From contig JAOICL010000001.1 in the NCBI GenBank assembly GCA_028131545.1, positions 6,661 through 70,660 on the forward strand: a stretch of 64,000 nt of DNA, in the 5' to 3' direction. Under the pieces are notes generated by a model. That model ran no database searches and was not told the origin of the DNA. It saw only the letters and a list, made by a program, of their open reading frames with translations. Positions within the stretch are counted from its first letter, which is position 1. The number at the start of each line of letters is the position of its first letter. The stretch is from Vibrio sp. GTDB lineage: Bacteria > Pseudomonadota > Gammaproteobacteria > Enterobacterales > Vibrionaceae. The translations under genes were made by a program, and so were the position numbers. Shown piece after piece: positions 27,358-39,490 of this stretch.

Positions 27358-28908
27358 CTATTTTGATGATTTATTAATGCCATACTCTCGTAACTTATTT
27401 GCGATGGCAGTATGAGACATACTGAGTCTTTTGGCCAACTTACGACTTGATGGGTACGTTTGGTATAACTGCTGCAATATCTCAGATTCAAACTCGCTCA
27501 TCATATCATCCAGCGTGCCTTCAAAAGAGTCTATTTTCTTTAAGTTCAATGCTTTTTCATCGCTTGGAAGTTGAAAATCCGACAACGTGATTTGTGGCTT
27601 CATTTCCGTTAATGCTCTTAATACGGCGCTATTAAATTGTCTAACATTACCAGGCCAAGTGTATTGAGATAAAGAATCTAATAATCCTTCATTATAATCT
27701 GGAATCGCACAGTTGAGTGTTCGCGCATGTTGGTGTAGAAAGACATCAAGTAACCCCGGGAGATCGTCTTTACGCTCTCTTAAAGCTGGAATGTCTAATG
27801 TTAATACGTTCAAGCGATAATACAAATCTTCGCGAAAAGTCCGTTCCGTTGATAATTTATACAGATCATGTCGGGTGGCCGCAATAATTCGCACATCAAC
27901 ATGAACTTCATTGGCTTCTCCGACACGGCGGAAAGTACCATCTTGCAAGAATCGTAATAACTTTATCTGTAAATGAGCGCTCATTTCACCGATTTCATCT
28001 AGAAAGACCGTTCCACCGTTCGCTTGCTCAAAGATACCCAATGAATCTTGTTCATACTGAGACGTCGATGAACGCCCAAATAACTCAGTCTCAACAGCAT
28101 CATCAGGAATAGAAGCACAACTTAATATGAGAAAGGGTTTAGTGGCTCTCTTGGAGCGATAATGACAAGCACGTGCAATGGCTTCTTTGCCGACCCCGGT
28201 TTCACCTGTGATTAATAAAGGTTGTTCCAGCAACGATAAATGTTGCGCTTTTTTAATGCATTGCTCAAAAGACGATGAAAATGCGGTAAACGCTTCAAAC
28301 CCTAATGTATCGCCACTTTCTATCTTTATCGTGTCTGTATCTAGGTTTTGATGTTCAATTGTAATGACAATACTACTGAGTCGCTTTTGGCTTTCATCTA
28401 ACGATATGAATATGGGCCTGATACGAGCTAAGAATGACACGTTTTGTCTACTCACCGTCGCTTGAAAACCACAAAGGTCATGCATGATGGGATCAAGACT
28501 CGGAAAATCATCAAAAATGTCTGCAAGAGATAACCCCGTAAGGTCGTCTACAGAAAACAAAGGTGCTAATAGTATTTGTGCTGCTTGATTATAATTGGCT
28601 ATACATCCATTTAAATCTAAGGAAAGAGTCGCACTAGGTAATGTATCCACTATCGAAAATAGTTCTGCGTTTTTACGTTCTAATGGCGTATAAGGTACTT
28701 TACGTACATCTTGCACACCGTTAATTAAACGTATTTTTGCCATTAGCTTGCTAAATTCATCAAAACAGACTTCGGGACAATGTATGTAAAGCATGCCTCG
28801 CTTATGATCTAGCTCTATATCTTTTAAATTAATATTGTCACTGGCTAGAATATCCAATAGCTCATGCGTTAACCCTAACCTATCTTCACAGCTGACTTCC
28901 AATCGCAT
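27358..28908 (-). CDS. tyrR: transcriptional regulator TyrR
   Basis: MRLEVSCEDRLGL ACT domain; PAS domain; GETGVGKE AAA+ domain; SSRKLAKRL.MSHTAIANKLREYG HTH. Confidence 0.95.
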   Translation of the reverse strand: MRLEVSCEDRLGLTHELLDILASDNINLKDIELDHKRGMLYIHCPEVCFDEFSKLMAKIRLINGVQDVRKVPYTPLERKNAELFSIVDTLPSATLSLDLNGCIANYNQAAQILLAPLFSVDDLTGLSLADIFDDFPSLDPIMHDLCGFQATVSRQNVSFLARIRPIFISLDESQKRLSSIVITIEHQNLDTDTIKIESGDTLGFEAFTAFSSSFEQCIKKAQHLSLLEQPLLITGETGVGKEAIARACHYRSKRATKPFLILSCASIPDDAVETELFGRSSTSQYEQDSLGIFEQANGGTVFLDEIGEMSAHLQIKLLRFLQDGTFRRVGEANEVHVDVRIIAATRHDLYKLSTERTFREDLYYRLNVLTLDIPALRERKDDLPGLLDVFLHQHARTLNCAIPDYNEGLLDSLSQYTWPGNVRQFNSAVLRALTEMKPQITLSDFQLPSDEKALNLKKIDSFEGTLDDMMSEFESEILQQLYQTYPSSRKLAKRLSMSHTAIANKLREYGINKSSK

Positions 28909-28926
28909 AAATTGCCCTACTTGAAC

Positions 28927-28944
28927 TGTAACGAATTATTGACA
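28927..28944. promoter_or_regulatory. TyrR box (autoregulation of tyrR)
   Basis: TGTAAC-N6-TTGACA versus TGTAAA-N6-TTTACA, just upstream of the tyrR start. Confidence 0.6.
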
Positions 28945-29040
28945 CCTAGTGTCGCCTAAGGATTGGAATTGGTCAATAGGTTTATCACCCCGCTCACTGT
29001 GCTTGCTTTTTAATCACTGGCGTCTGATTTTTAACCTTCA

Positions 29041-29056
29041 TGTGATATGAGTTACA
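29041..29056. promoter_or_regulatory. CRP site
   Basis: TGTGA-tatgag-TTACA versus TGTGA-N6-TCACA. Confidence 0.5.
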
Positions 29057-29160
29057 CATTGTAACTAATTGACCCAATAAACTGACATTTTTTACTTTTC
29101 AAAGGGCTCATAAGCTGGTTTACTTACGGCCTAATATGCGCCAACCTTTCTTTTTGAACG

Positions 29161-29178
29161 TGTAAAAATGGATTTACA
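29161..29178. promoter_or_regulatory. perfect TyrR box
   Basis: TGTAAA-aatgga-TTTACA, 53 bp upstream of the NSS transporter start. Confidence 0.85.
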
Positions 29179-29231
29179 CATGATTCATTCTGGCGCCACA
29201 TTGAAAATAGTAATAATAATTTGGAGTTATT

Positions 29232-30656
29232 GTGGCAACTACAGGTAATTCTGCTCCTCGTGATTCGTGGGGCTCGAAACTTGGTTTCGTAATGGCAGCA
29301 GCTGGTTCTGCTGTTGGTTTAGGTAATATTTGGAAATTCCCATACACTGCTGGCGAAAACGGCGGTGGTGCATTTGTAATGATTTACCTTTTATTCGTTC
29401 TATTCATCGGCTTTAGCGTTATGCTAACCGAATTTGCAGTGGGTCGTAAAACACAGCGTGCTGCTGTTGGTGCATTTAAATCAACGGATAAGAAATGGTC
29501 GTTTGTTGGTGTAATGGGCGTTGTTTCTGGTCTACTTATCATGGGTTTCTACCCTGTTGTTGGTGGCTGGGCATTAGCTTACATCCCTAAAGTTGCTGGC
29601 GGTATGTTAGATACTCCTGCTGCTATTGGTGATAGCTTTGGTTCTTTCATTGGTAGTACTGAGCCTCTAGTGTGGATGGCTATTTACCTAGCAATGAACT
29701 TACTGGTTGTTTCTCGTGGTATCTCTGGTGGTATCGAGAAAGCAGGTAAGATTTTAATGCCTCTTCTATTCATCATCCTAATTGTTGTTTCTGTGAAGGG
29801 TTTATCTTTACCAGGCGCAATGGCTGGTCTTGAATACCTATTCTCACCTGACTTCTCTAAAGTAGACAGTTCTGTTGTTCTTGCTGCTCTTGGTCAAGCA
29901 TTCTTCTCTCTATCGCTAGGTATGGGTTGTATGATTACATACGGTAGCTACCTTAAGAAGAAAGAGAACCTAGTTCAAACTACCGGTATGGTAACGGCGA
30001 TGGATACCTCTGTTGCTATTCTAGCGGGTGTGGCTATGTTCCCAGCCATGTTTGCTTTTGGCATTGATGTTGCTGCTGGTCCTGGTCTTGTTTTCGTTGT
30101 TGTTCCTCAGCTATTTGCTGAAATGGGCGGCGCTGGTCTTATCTTTGCTCTAATGTTCTTCATTGGTTTAACGGTTGCAGCATTAACGTCTTCTGTTTCA
30201 CTATTAGAAGTGTGTGTTTCTTACCTAATCGATGAGAAAGGGTTAACGCGCGGTAAAGCCGTACTACTTGCTGGTGCAGCAATGGCTGTAATGTGTGTGT
30301 TTGCTTCTCTATCTCTTGGTGGTGTTGGTCCAACATTATTCGGTAAAGGTGCATTCGATATCTTCGATCTACTTACTGATAAAATCTTCCTAGCGGTTGG
30401 CGGTATGCTTGTGTGTATCTTCGCGGGTTGGAGACTAAACAAAGAAGATCTTAAGAAAGAAATCACAAATGACGGTGAAGTATCATTCCCATTATTTAAC
30501 CTATGGTATGTGCTTGTTAAGTTCATCATCCCTGTTGCTGTTGCTATCGTAGCACTATCTGGTATTAAATCAGGTTTCGATGCGGGCGTTGGTGAAATCA
30601 TGACACTGGGTGTTGCTATGTTTGTTGTTGCTGCTATCTTCTCTAAGAAGCTATAA
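29232..30656 (+). CDS. sodium-dependent transporter, NSS (SNF) family, probably for aromatic amino acids
   Basis: GSAVGLGNIWKFPY..GENGGGAF, QAFFSLSLG, YGSY and GPGLVF motifs; divergent from tyrR. Confidence 0.9.
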   Translation: MATTGNSAPRDSWGSKLGFVMAAAGSAVGLGNIWKFPYTAGENGGGAFVMIYLLFVLFIGFSVMLTEFAVGRKTQRAAVGAFKSTDKKWSFVGVMGVVSGLLIMGFYPVVGGWALAYIPKVAGGMLDTPAAIGDSFGSFIGSTEPLVWMAIYLAMNLLVVSRGISGGIEKAGKILMPLLFIILIVVSVKGLSLPGAMAGLEYLFSPDFSKVDSSVVLAALGQAFFSLSLGMGCMITYGSYLKKKENLVQTTGMVTAMDTSVAILAGVAMFPAMFAFGIDVAAGPGLVFVVVPQLFAEMGGAGLIFALMFFIGLTVAALTSSVSLLEVCVSYLIDEKGLTRGKAVLLAGAAMAVMCVFASLSLGGVGPTLFGKGAFDIFDLLTDKIFLAVGGMLVCIFAGWRLNKEDLKKEITNDGEVSFPLFNLWYVLVKFIIPVAVAIVALSGIKSGFDAGVGEIMTLGVAMFVVAAIFSKKL

Positions 30657-30722
30657 ATAACAATCAACGTAACTAATGTTATCACTCTTAATAGTCAGTA
30701 GACTTTAAGAGTGAACAACACT

Positions 30723-30756
30723 AAAAAAGCGAGAGTATAAACTCTCGCTTTTTTTA
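30723..30756. terminator. bidirectional terminator
   Basis: AAAAAAGCGAGAGT-ataa-ACTCTCGCTTTTTTT. Confidence 0.8.
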
Positions 30757-30789
30757 TTTAAGCTACTGAAGCTGTTTATTGTTAGCGAC

Positions 30790-31269
30790 TTATTTATGTC
30801 CTAATAATAAAGAACCTTCAATCGGGGTATATTGACTGGCTGCTTGTTTCAGGGAATCAGCTGTTAATGCATTCACACCATAAACCTCAACGAACTTTCC
30901 TTTTTCTTTCAATTTATCAACCAATAATTGAAAATCACCATCACCTGAAACTAAAATAACGTCATCGACCTCTGGCGCATGTTCTAGAGCATCGATAACA
31001 ATACCGACATCCCAATCGCCTTTAGCACTGCCATCAGATCGCTGAATAAAAGGTTTTAACTTTACGTTAAAGCCAATCGCTCTCAGAATATTTTGAAATT
31101 CCCTCTGCTTAGTGTCACCTCGATCAATTGCATACGCATACGCCTTGACGACTTCTCTATTTTTCGACACTTCCGCCCAAAATGTGTTGTAATCAAAATT
31201 ACAACGATAAGCCTCGCGACATGTGTAATAGACATTTTGTATGTCCACTAAAATTAATGCTTTTTTCAT
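30790..31269 (-). CDS. NYN (LabA/DUF88, PIN-like) domain protein
   Basis: LVDIQN, KGDWDVGI, LVSGDGDF, VEVYG and SL..AAS motifs. Confidence 0.9.
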   Translation of the reverse strand: MKKALILVDIQNVYYTCREAYRCNFDYNTFWAEVSKNREVVKAYAYAIDRGDTKQREFQNILRAIGFNVKLKPFIQRSDGSAKGDWDVGIVIDALEHAPEVDDVILVSGDGDFQLLVDKLKEKGKFVEVYGVNALTADSLKQAASQYTPIEGSLLLGHK

Positions 31270-31319
31270 TTATATCCCTGATGATAACTTGATGATGTTT
31301 ATTCTTAACAGATGATTTA

Positions 31320-31841
31320 TTAACGATATCGCCCTCGTCGAGCAGATGTCGCTTTCCCCGCTAAACTGATTAATGTTTGATTGGTATTGGCATGACAGAT
31401 TGCTGCTCCTAATGCATCCGCGGCATCCGCTTGCGGCCTTGCAGGAAGCTTTAACATTTGCTTCACCATATGTTGTACCTGAGATTTATCCGCTGCACCC
31501 GTCCCTACTACCGATTGTTTAATCAAACGTGCCGCGTATTCAAATACCGGTAAATCGGCATTCACCGCAGCAACAATCGCACTGCCTCTTGCTTGCCCTA
31601 GCTTTAATGCCGAATCGGCATTTTTAGACATAAAAACTTGTTCTATCGAAAACACATCGGGCTGGTACTGTTGAATAATCTCTGATACACCAGCATAAAT
31701 GACCTTAAGGCGGGCAGGAAGCTCCTTTTCTTGAGTTCGAATACAACCACTACCTAAATAACTTAAATGTCGACCTTGTTGGCGTATTACGCCGTATCCA
31801 GTAATACGAGATCCAGGATCAATCCCTAAAATGATCGTCAT
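31320..31841 (-). CDS. ruvC: Holliday junction resolvase RuvC
   Basis: [29 protein letters not shown] and DAADAL motifs. Confidence 0.97.
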   Translation of the reverse strand: MTIILGIDPGSRITGYGVIRQQGRHLSYLGSGCIRTQEKELPARLKVIYAGVSEIIQQYQPDVFSIEQVFMSKNADSALKLGQARGSAIVAAVNADLPVFEYAARLIKQSVVGTGAADKSQVQHMVKQMLKLPARPQADAADALGAAICHANTNQTLISLAGKATSARRGRYR

Positions 31842-31864
31842 ACTTTCCTCTTAACACGAGTGAC

Positions 31865-31912
31865 AAAAAACCCTTATATCAACTGATAGACTCAATCGAC
31901 ATAAGGGTTTTT
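31865..31912. terminator. his operon terminator
   Basis: AAAAAACCCTTAT...ATAAGGGTTTTT. Confidence 0.75.
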
Positions 31913-31938
31913 AACATCATAGATAAATAACGATGCTA

Positions 31939-32573
31939 TTATTTTGCGTGTCTTTCTTTTAGCTTGTTGATAACAACATCCATAGACAAGCCTTGATCCT
32001 GCAATAAAACCATTAAATGGTAAATAAGGTCAGCCGACTCGCACACTAACTCCGCCTTATCACCCGACGTCGCCGCAAGCGCGACTTCAACGCCTTCTTC
32101 ACCCACTTTCTGTGAAATACGCTTGGTGCCACGGGAGTACAAGTGCGCGGTATAAGACGAATCTGGATCGGCATTTTTTCTTTCAGCCAGCAGTTGCTCC
32201 AACTGATGAAGCCAAACCCACTGTGTTTCTTCCGCTTTATCTGCATCCCAACAGGTTGTTGTTCCTGTATGGCAAGTGGGTCCTATTGGGCGTACCTTAA
32301 CTAATAACGTATCGTTATCACAATCCAAAGAAACATTCACTAATTGCAGAACATTACCCGATGTTTCTCCCTTCGTCCAAAGACGCTCTTTAGTGCGAGA
32401 AAAGAAAGTAACATTCCCTGTTTCATAGGTTTTTTTCAGTGCATCTTGATTCATGTAGCCCATCATCAGCACTTGGCTAGACTGAAAATCTTGAATAACA
32501 GCAGGAACTAAACCATCGACTTTATTCCAGTCAATTCGTTCTGAAAGAGTCACTGCATCTGCGACATTAAAAC

Positions 32574-32577
<4 letters not shown>
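31939..32577 (-). CDS. hisIE: bifunctional PR-AMP cyclohydrolase / PR-ATP pyrophosphatase
   Basis: [25 protein letters not shown] and KVGEEGVE motifs. Confidence 0.97.
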
Positions 32578-34690
<2,113 letters not shown>

Positions 34691-34691
<1 letters not shown>

Positions 34692-35764
34692 TACAACACC
34701 CCTTTGCTGCTCGGAAGTTCATTTCCTTCAACTTTAATCGCTTGACGAAGTGTTCGACCAAACGCTTTAAATAAACTTTCAATAATATGATGATCGTTAT
34801 GACCACCAGAAGATAGGTGCAAAGTACACGCTAAGGTATCGGTTAATGAGCGGAAGAAGTGAACCACCATCTCTGTCGATAATTCACCGACTTTTTCACG
34901 ATGGAATTCGGCATCAAATTTCAGGTACGGACGACCTGATAAATCTAAAGCGCATTGAGCTAAACATTCATCCATTGGCAAGCTAAAACCAAAGCGCCCA
35001 ATGCCGCGTTTATTACCTAATGCTTCTTTCAACGCTTGACCCAGAGCTAATGCGGTATCTTCCACTGTATGGTGATCATCAATGTGTAAATCACCCTTCA
35101 CGACACACTTCATTTGGAAGCCGCCATGAGTAGCAATTTGATCCAGCATATGGTCAAAGAAATCAATACCAGTACTGATATGATTTCCCCCTTGCTCATC
35201 TAAGTTAACGGCAATGTTGATGTCCGTTTCTTTCGTCGTACGAGTCACTTTTGATGTACGAGCATTGAGGGTTAACTCTTTCAGTATTGTCGTCCAATTC
35301 ATCGTTTCTGGGTGATACTGAATACCGCGAATAGCCATATTTTCAGCTAACTGTATATCCGTAATGCGATCGCCAATCACGGCAGAATGGGCGAAATCAA
35401 CCTTACCGGCTTGTAAGTAGTCTTTTACCATACCGAGTTTAGGCTTACGACAAGAGCAATTCTCTGCCTCAAAATGAGGACAAATTAACACATCATCAAA
35501 CACCACACCTTGAGATTCGAATATCTCCATCATCATGTTGTGTGGCGCATCAAATTCGTCTTGCGGGTAGCTATCGGTACCTAACCCATCTTGATTAGTC
35601 ACCATCACTAAACGGTATCCAGCCTCTTGCAAAGCAAGAAGGCTTGGTATAACTAGAGGCTCTAATTTAAGTTTATCTAATCGATCAACTTGGAAGTCGA
35701 CTGGTGGCTCTACAATAAGTGTGCCGTCACGGTCGATAAAAAGAATTTTTTGTTGTTTGCTCAC
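34691..35764 (-). CDS. hisB: bifunctional histidinol phosphatase / IGP dehydratase
   Basis: [25 protein letters not shown] and NDHHIIE motifs; GTG start at 35764 with GAGG RBS. Confidence 0.95.
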
Positions 35765-35832
35765 AGACTGTTCCTCTGTCTGAAATAAAAGGTCCCTTAT
35801 CTTCATATTAGAACTCAGGAACCTAATGTAAA

Positions 35833-36873
35833 TCACTGATAATATTTACGGATGAATTCGAGAGTTTTGTCGCATTCTGTACGACTCCCGATACTGATTC
35901 TGACGCAATTCTCAATCGGTGAGTTTCTCAAGATAATGCCACTGTCCCATGTTGCTTTAAATAAAGCATCACCATCCGGGAATTGAACCAACAAATAATT
36001 GCCCCAACCAGGGTGAACCGTTAGCGCTTCAATTTTATCTAATTCATTCTGTAGATAGTGACGATTGAGATTAAGCTCATTCACTTGCTCTAGCGCTCTA
36101 GACAGTCCATCACCTGTTAACGCTTGAGTTGCGATTTCAGTTACGGGTACCGGTACTGGATACGGAGCGATGACTTTCAATAAGACATTAATTAATGACT
36201 CATTGGCTAAAGTAAAACCACAGCGTAAACCCGCTAAAGCGAACGCTTTCGACAATGTTCTTAAAATAGCTAAATGTTGATAAGACTGAAGTAAATCAAC
36301 CGTCGACGCTTCTGGACAAAAATCGATATAGGCTTCATCCATCACAACAATGGCTTTGTCTTTCGTCATTTCAAGTAATGAAATAATATCCGCGCGATTA
36401 ACTAAATTGCCTGTTGGGTTATTAGGACTGCATACAAAGATAACTTTGACATCATCTAAATTGGATTCAATCCCCTTGAGATCCAATTGCCAATGCTCAT
36501 TTAACGGCACCGTTTTTCTCTTCACACCCATCGTTTCTGCACTGATCGCGTACATACCATAGGTCGGAGGACAAAATAAAATAGAGTCTTTATTTGGTTC
36601 ACAAAAAGCACGGATCAGCAACTCAATACCTTCATCTGCACCGCGAGAGGTAAGTACTTGCTGACTACTTACCCCTGAATATTTTGCATACGCATCAATT
36701 AGGGACTGAGGTTGACATTCGCTATACCGATTTAACTTACTATGTGCAATCGAATATTCATTATCAAAAGGAGATTCATTGGCATTTAACCAAACATCTC
36801 CTGTACCACCAATTCGGCGTGCAGAAAGATAAGGCGTTAATGCTTGTACCTGTTTTCTCGCTAGTTTTTCCAT
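35833..36873 (-). CDS. hisC: histidinol-phosphate aminotransferase
   Basis: [23 protein letters not shown] and [13 protein letters not shown] motifs. Confidence 0.97.
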   Translation of the reverse strand: MEKLARKQVQALTPYLSARRIGGTGDVWLNANESPFDNEYSIAHSKLNRYSECQPQSLIDAYAKYSGVSSQQVLTSRGADEGIELLIRAFCEPNKDSILFCPPTYGMYAISAETMGVKRKTVPLNEHWQLDLKGIESNLDDVKVIFVCSPNNPTGNLVNRADIISLLEMTKDKAIVVMDEAYIDFCPEASTVDLLQSYQHLAILRTLSKAFALAGLRCGFTLANESLINVLLKVIAPYPVPVPVTEIATQALTGDGLSRALEQVNELNLNRHYLQNELDKIEALTVHPGWGNYLLVQFPDGDALFKATWDSGIILRNSPIENCVRISIGSRTECDKTLEFIRKYYQ

Positions 36874-36890
36874 AAGTCGTCGCGCCCCTA

Positions 36891-38183
36891 TTACTTAGAT
36901 TCTAGCTTTTCCACTCGAATAGTTACCGCTCGCTTGTGAGCATCTAACCCTTCAGCTTCAGCCATAGTCACTACTGTTGGAGCCAACCCTCTCAGGCCAT
37001 CAGCCGAGAGCTCCTGTACCGTCATTCGTTTGGAGAAATCAGCTAACCCTAAACTAGAATACGTTCGCGTGTAGCCATACGTCGGTAATACGTGATTTGT
37101 ACCCGAAGCATAATCTCCAGCAGATTCAGGTGACCAAGCACCTAAGAAAATAGAGCCTGCATTATCCAGTACTGGAAGTAACTCTCTTGCGTTATTCGTT
37201 TGTACAATCAGATGCTCTGGCCCGTAGTAGTTTGAAATCGCAACCGCTTGTGGTAATGATTCGGCAATAATAATTAAACTAGAGGCCAGTGCTTTTTCTG
37301 CTATATCAGCGCGTGAAAGCTCCGAAAGCTGTTTTCTTACCGCTTCAGCCACTTGATCGGCCATAACCGGTGATGGCGTAACAAGGACAACTTGTGAATC
37401 AGGGCCATGCTCTGCTTGGCTTAATAAGTCAGCGGCCACAAAATCTGCATCAGCGTCTTCGTCTGCGATGACAAGCACCTCAGATGGGCCTGCTGGCATG
37501 TCAATCGCAGCCCCTTTAAAATCGTTACTGACTTGTCGTTTTGCTTCTGTAACAAACGCATTACCAGGACCAAAAATCTTGTCGACTTTAGAAACACTGT
37601 CCGTACCATACGCCATTGCTGCAATCGCCTGCGCACCACCAAGGCTGTATACCTCGTCGATACCACATAATTTAGCGACATACAGAATTTCATCAGCAAT
37701 TGGCGGCGGCGAACATAATACCACTTTGTTACAGCCGGCAATTTTAGATGGGACGCCAAGCATCAGTACCGTTGACGGTAATGGTGCACTACCACCTGGG
37801 ATATACAGTCCGACTTTTTGAATCGGACGTGTTATCTGCTCACATACCACACCAGCTTGAGTTTCTACTTTCAGATCCTTAGGCTTTTGTGCGTTATGAA
37901 AGGTCGTAATGTTACTATACGCTTGCAAAAGCGCTTCTTTCATCTTTTCAGATAGACGCTCTTCTGCCTCATCGATTTCAGTTGAAGTAATGCGGATGTC
38001 ATTTAACTCAACTTTATCAAATTTTGCGGTTAACGCTTTTAAAGCTATGTCACCATCGGCTTTAACTTGCTCAATGACACTCGATACCGCTGAAGTAATA
38101 TTCGCACCTTCAGTTATTGCAGGACGCTCTAAAATACTTTCTTGTTGAGATTCACTCAATGATTGCCATACCAAGGTACGCAT
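36891..38183 (-). CDS. hisD: histidinol dehydrogenase
   Basis: [30 protein letters not shown] and GTNHVLPT motifs. Confidence 0.97.
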   Translation of the reverse strand: MRTLVWQSLSESQQESILERPAITEGANITSAVSSVIEQVKADGDIALKALTAKFDKVELNDIRITSTEIDEAEERLSEKMKEALLQAYSNITTFHNAQKPKDLKVETQAGVVCEQITRPIQKVGLYIPGGSAPLPSTVLMLGVPSKIAGCNKVVLCSPPPIADEILYVAKLCGIDEVYSLGGAQAIAAMAYGTDSVSKVDKIFGPGNAFVTEAKRQVSNDFKGAAIDMPAGPSEVLVIADEDADADFVAADLLSQAEHGPDSQVVLVTPSPVMADQVAEAVRKQLSELSRADIAEKALASSLIIIAESLPQAVAISNYYGPEHLIVQTNNARELLPVLDNAGSIFLGAWSPESAGDYASGTNHVLPTYGYTRTYSSLGLADFSKRMTVQELSADGLRGLAPTVVTMAEAEGLDAHKRAVTIRVEKLESK

Positions 38184-38187
38184 AGGA

Positions 38188-39084
38188 TTACCCCATCATT
38201 TTTTCAATTGGTAGTACTAAGATAGAACTCGCTCCTAAAGCTTTAAGTTCTTCCATTGTTTCCCAGAATAACGTTTCAGAACTCACCAAGTGAATCGCTA
38301 CTTTGCTCTCATCACCGGCTAATGGTAATACTGTAGGTTGCTCGGCACCTGGAAGTAATGCCGTGACTTTATCTAAGCAATCAACAGGGGCATGCAGCAT
38401 GATATATTTGGATTCTTTTGCCTGCTGTACACCTTGCATACGCGTTAGCAGTCGTTCGATCAAATCTATTTTTTCTGCTGAGAATTCACCTTTACGCTGA
38501 ATTAATGTTGCTTTAGATTGAAAGATCACTTCGGCTTCTTTCAGACCATTTGCTTCAAGTGTTGCGCCTGTCGATACCAGATCGGCAATCGCATCAGAAA
38601 GGCCTGCGCGAGGTGCAACTTCAACCGAGCCAGTCAGCATAATCGTTGAAAAAGGTACGCCCTTTTCATCCATAAATGCTTTTACAAGTTGAGGGTAAGA
38701 AGTCGCAATACATTTACCTGCCAAGTCCTGCGGACCGTTATACTCATCTTCTTTATTAATCGCGATAGATAAACGACAGCCACCAAACTCAAGACGACGC
38801 AATGTATTAAATTCACACGCTTCTCCGCCAGCTAAACGGTCAAGGCGAACTTCTTCTAATTCATTCTCGCCAATAAAACCTAAGTCAACAACACCATCCA
38901 TGATCAACCCTGGAATATCGTCATCGCGTACCAGTAGTAAATCAATTGGCATGTTGGTCGAATGAACAACCAGTCGTTCACCCATAATGGTAAATTTCAC
39001 ACCACATTTCTTTAGTAATGCTTGGCTTTCTGTGCTTAAACGGCCTTTTTTCTGAATTGCAATTCTTAAACGTTGTGTATCCAT
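38188..39084 (-). CDS. hisG: ATP phosphoribosyltransferase (long form)
   Basis: [24 protein letters not shown] and DLVSTGATL motifs. Confidence 0.97.
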   Translation of the reverse strand: MDTQRLRIAIQKKGRLSTESQALLKKCGVKFTIMGERLVVHSTNMPIDLLLVRDDDIPGLIMDGVVDLGFIGENELEEVRLDRLAGGEACEFNTLRRLEFGGCRLSIAINKEDEYNGPQDLAGKCIATSYPQLVKAFMDEKGVPFSTIMLTGSVEVAPRAGLSDAIADLVSTGATLEANGLKEAEVIFQSKATLIQRKGEFSAEKIDLIERLLTRMQGVQQAKESKYIMLHAPVDCLDKVTALLPGAEQPTVLPLAGDESKVAIHLVSSETLFWETMEELKALGASSILVLPIEKMMG

Positions 39085-39147
39085 GTCAGTACCCTAAATC
39101 ATCGTCCCTAAATATAAATCTCAAATCCATATATAAAATGAGTGCTA

Positions 39148-39250
39148 ATAAAAAACCCCCGGTGACAGCGTCTCCCGAGGGTTTCAAAATATATGAGTTG
39201 ATAGCCTCCGGGATAATTGCCTCCCGGTATACGTACACCTCCCGAAAGAC
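39148..39250 (-). promoter_or_regulatory. his operon attenuator (antiterminator/terminator)
   Basis: Repeated CGGGAG/CCGGAGGC stems after the leader stop, ending AAACCCTCGG...CCGGGGGGTTTTTT. Confidence 0.85.
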
Positions 39251-39300
39251 TAAGCTGGGTAATGGTGATGATGAATTATTTGAATAAATGTGTTATTCAT
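39250..39300 (-). CDS. hisL: his operon leader peptide
   Basis: MNNTFIQIIHHHHYPA* directly upstream of the attenuator. Confidence 0.9.
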   Translation of the reverse strand: MNNTFIQIIHHHHYPA

Positions 39301-39420
39301 TTCATTTCCGTATAATGGTTATCTATCAAATGTATAACTTCACACTATATAAGGTCTGAACCTTTTGCAACCTTAAATTGTATCTTTTTTAAAAACTTCA
39401 TATTTGCGCTCGCAAAACAC

Positions 39421-39490
39421 TCAGTTTAACGATATACAACTGTGGTTAATTATATACAACTATGTTTAACAGCGTACAACTCTTCTTAAC
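39421..39490. repeat. degenerate 20-bp tandem repeat x3.5
   Basis: tcagtttaacgatatacaac / tgtggttaattatatacaac / tatgtttaacagcgtacaac / tcttcttaac. Confidence 0.7.

Noticed and set aside
30790-31841. RuvC plus NYN as a Cas/TnpB-like or anti-phage nuclease system
   Set aside because: RuvC is the canonical 173-aa Holliday junction resolvase; no guide RNA locus, repeats or mobile-element context is visible
39018-39287. 89-aa plus-strand ORF
   Set aside because: Antisense to hisL, the attenuator and the hisG start
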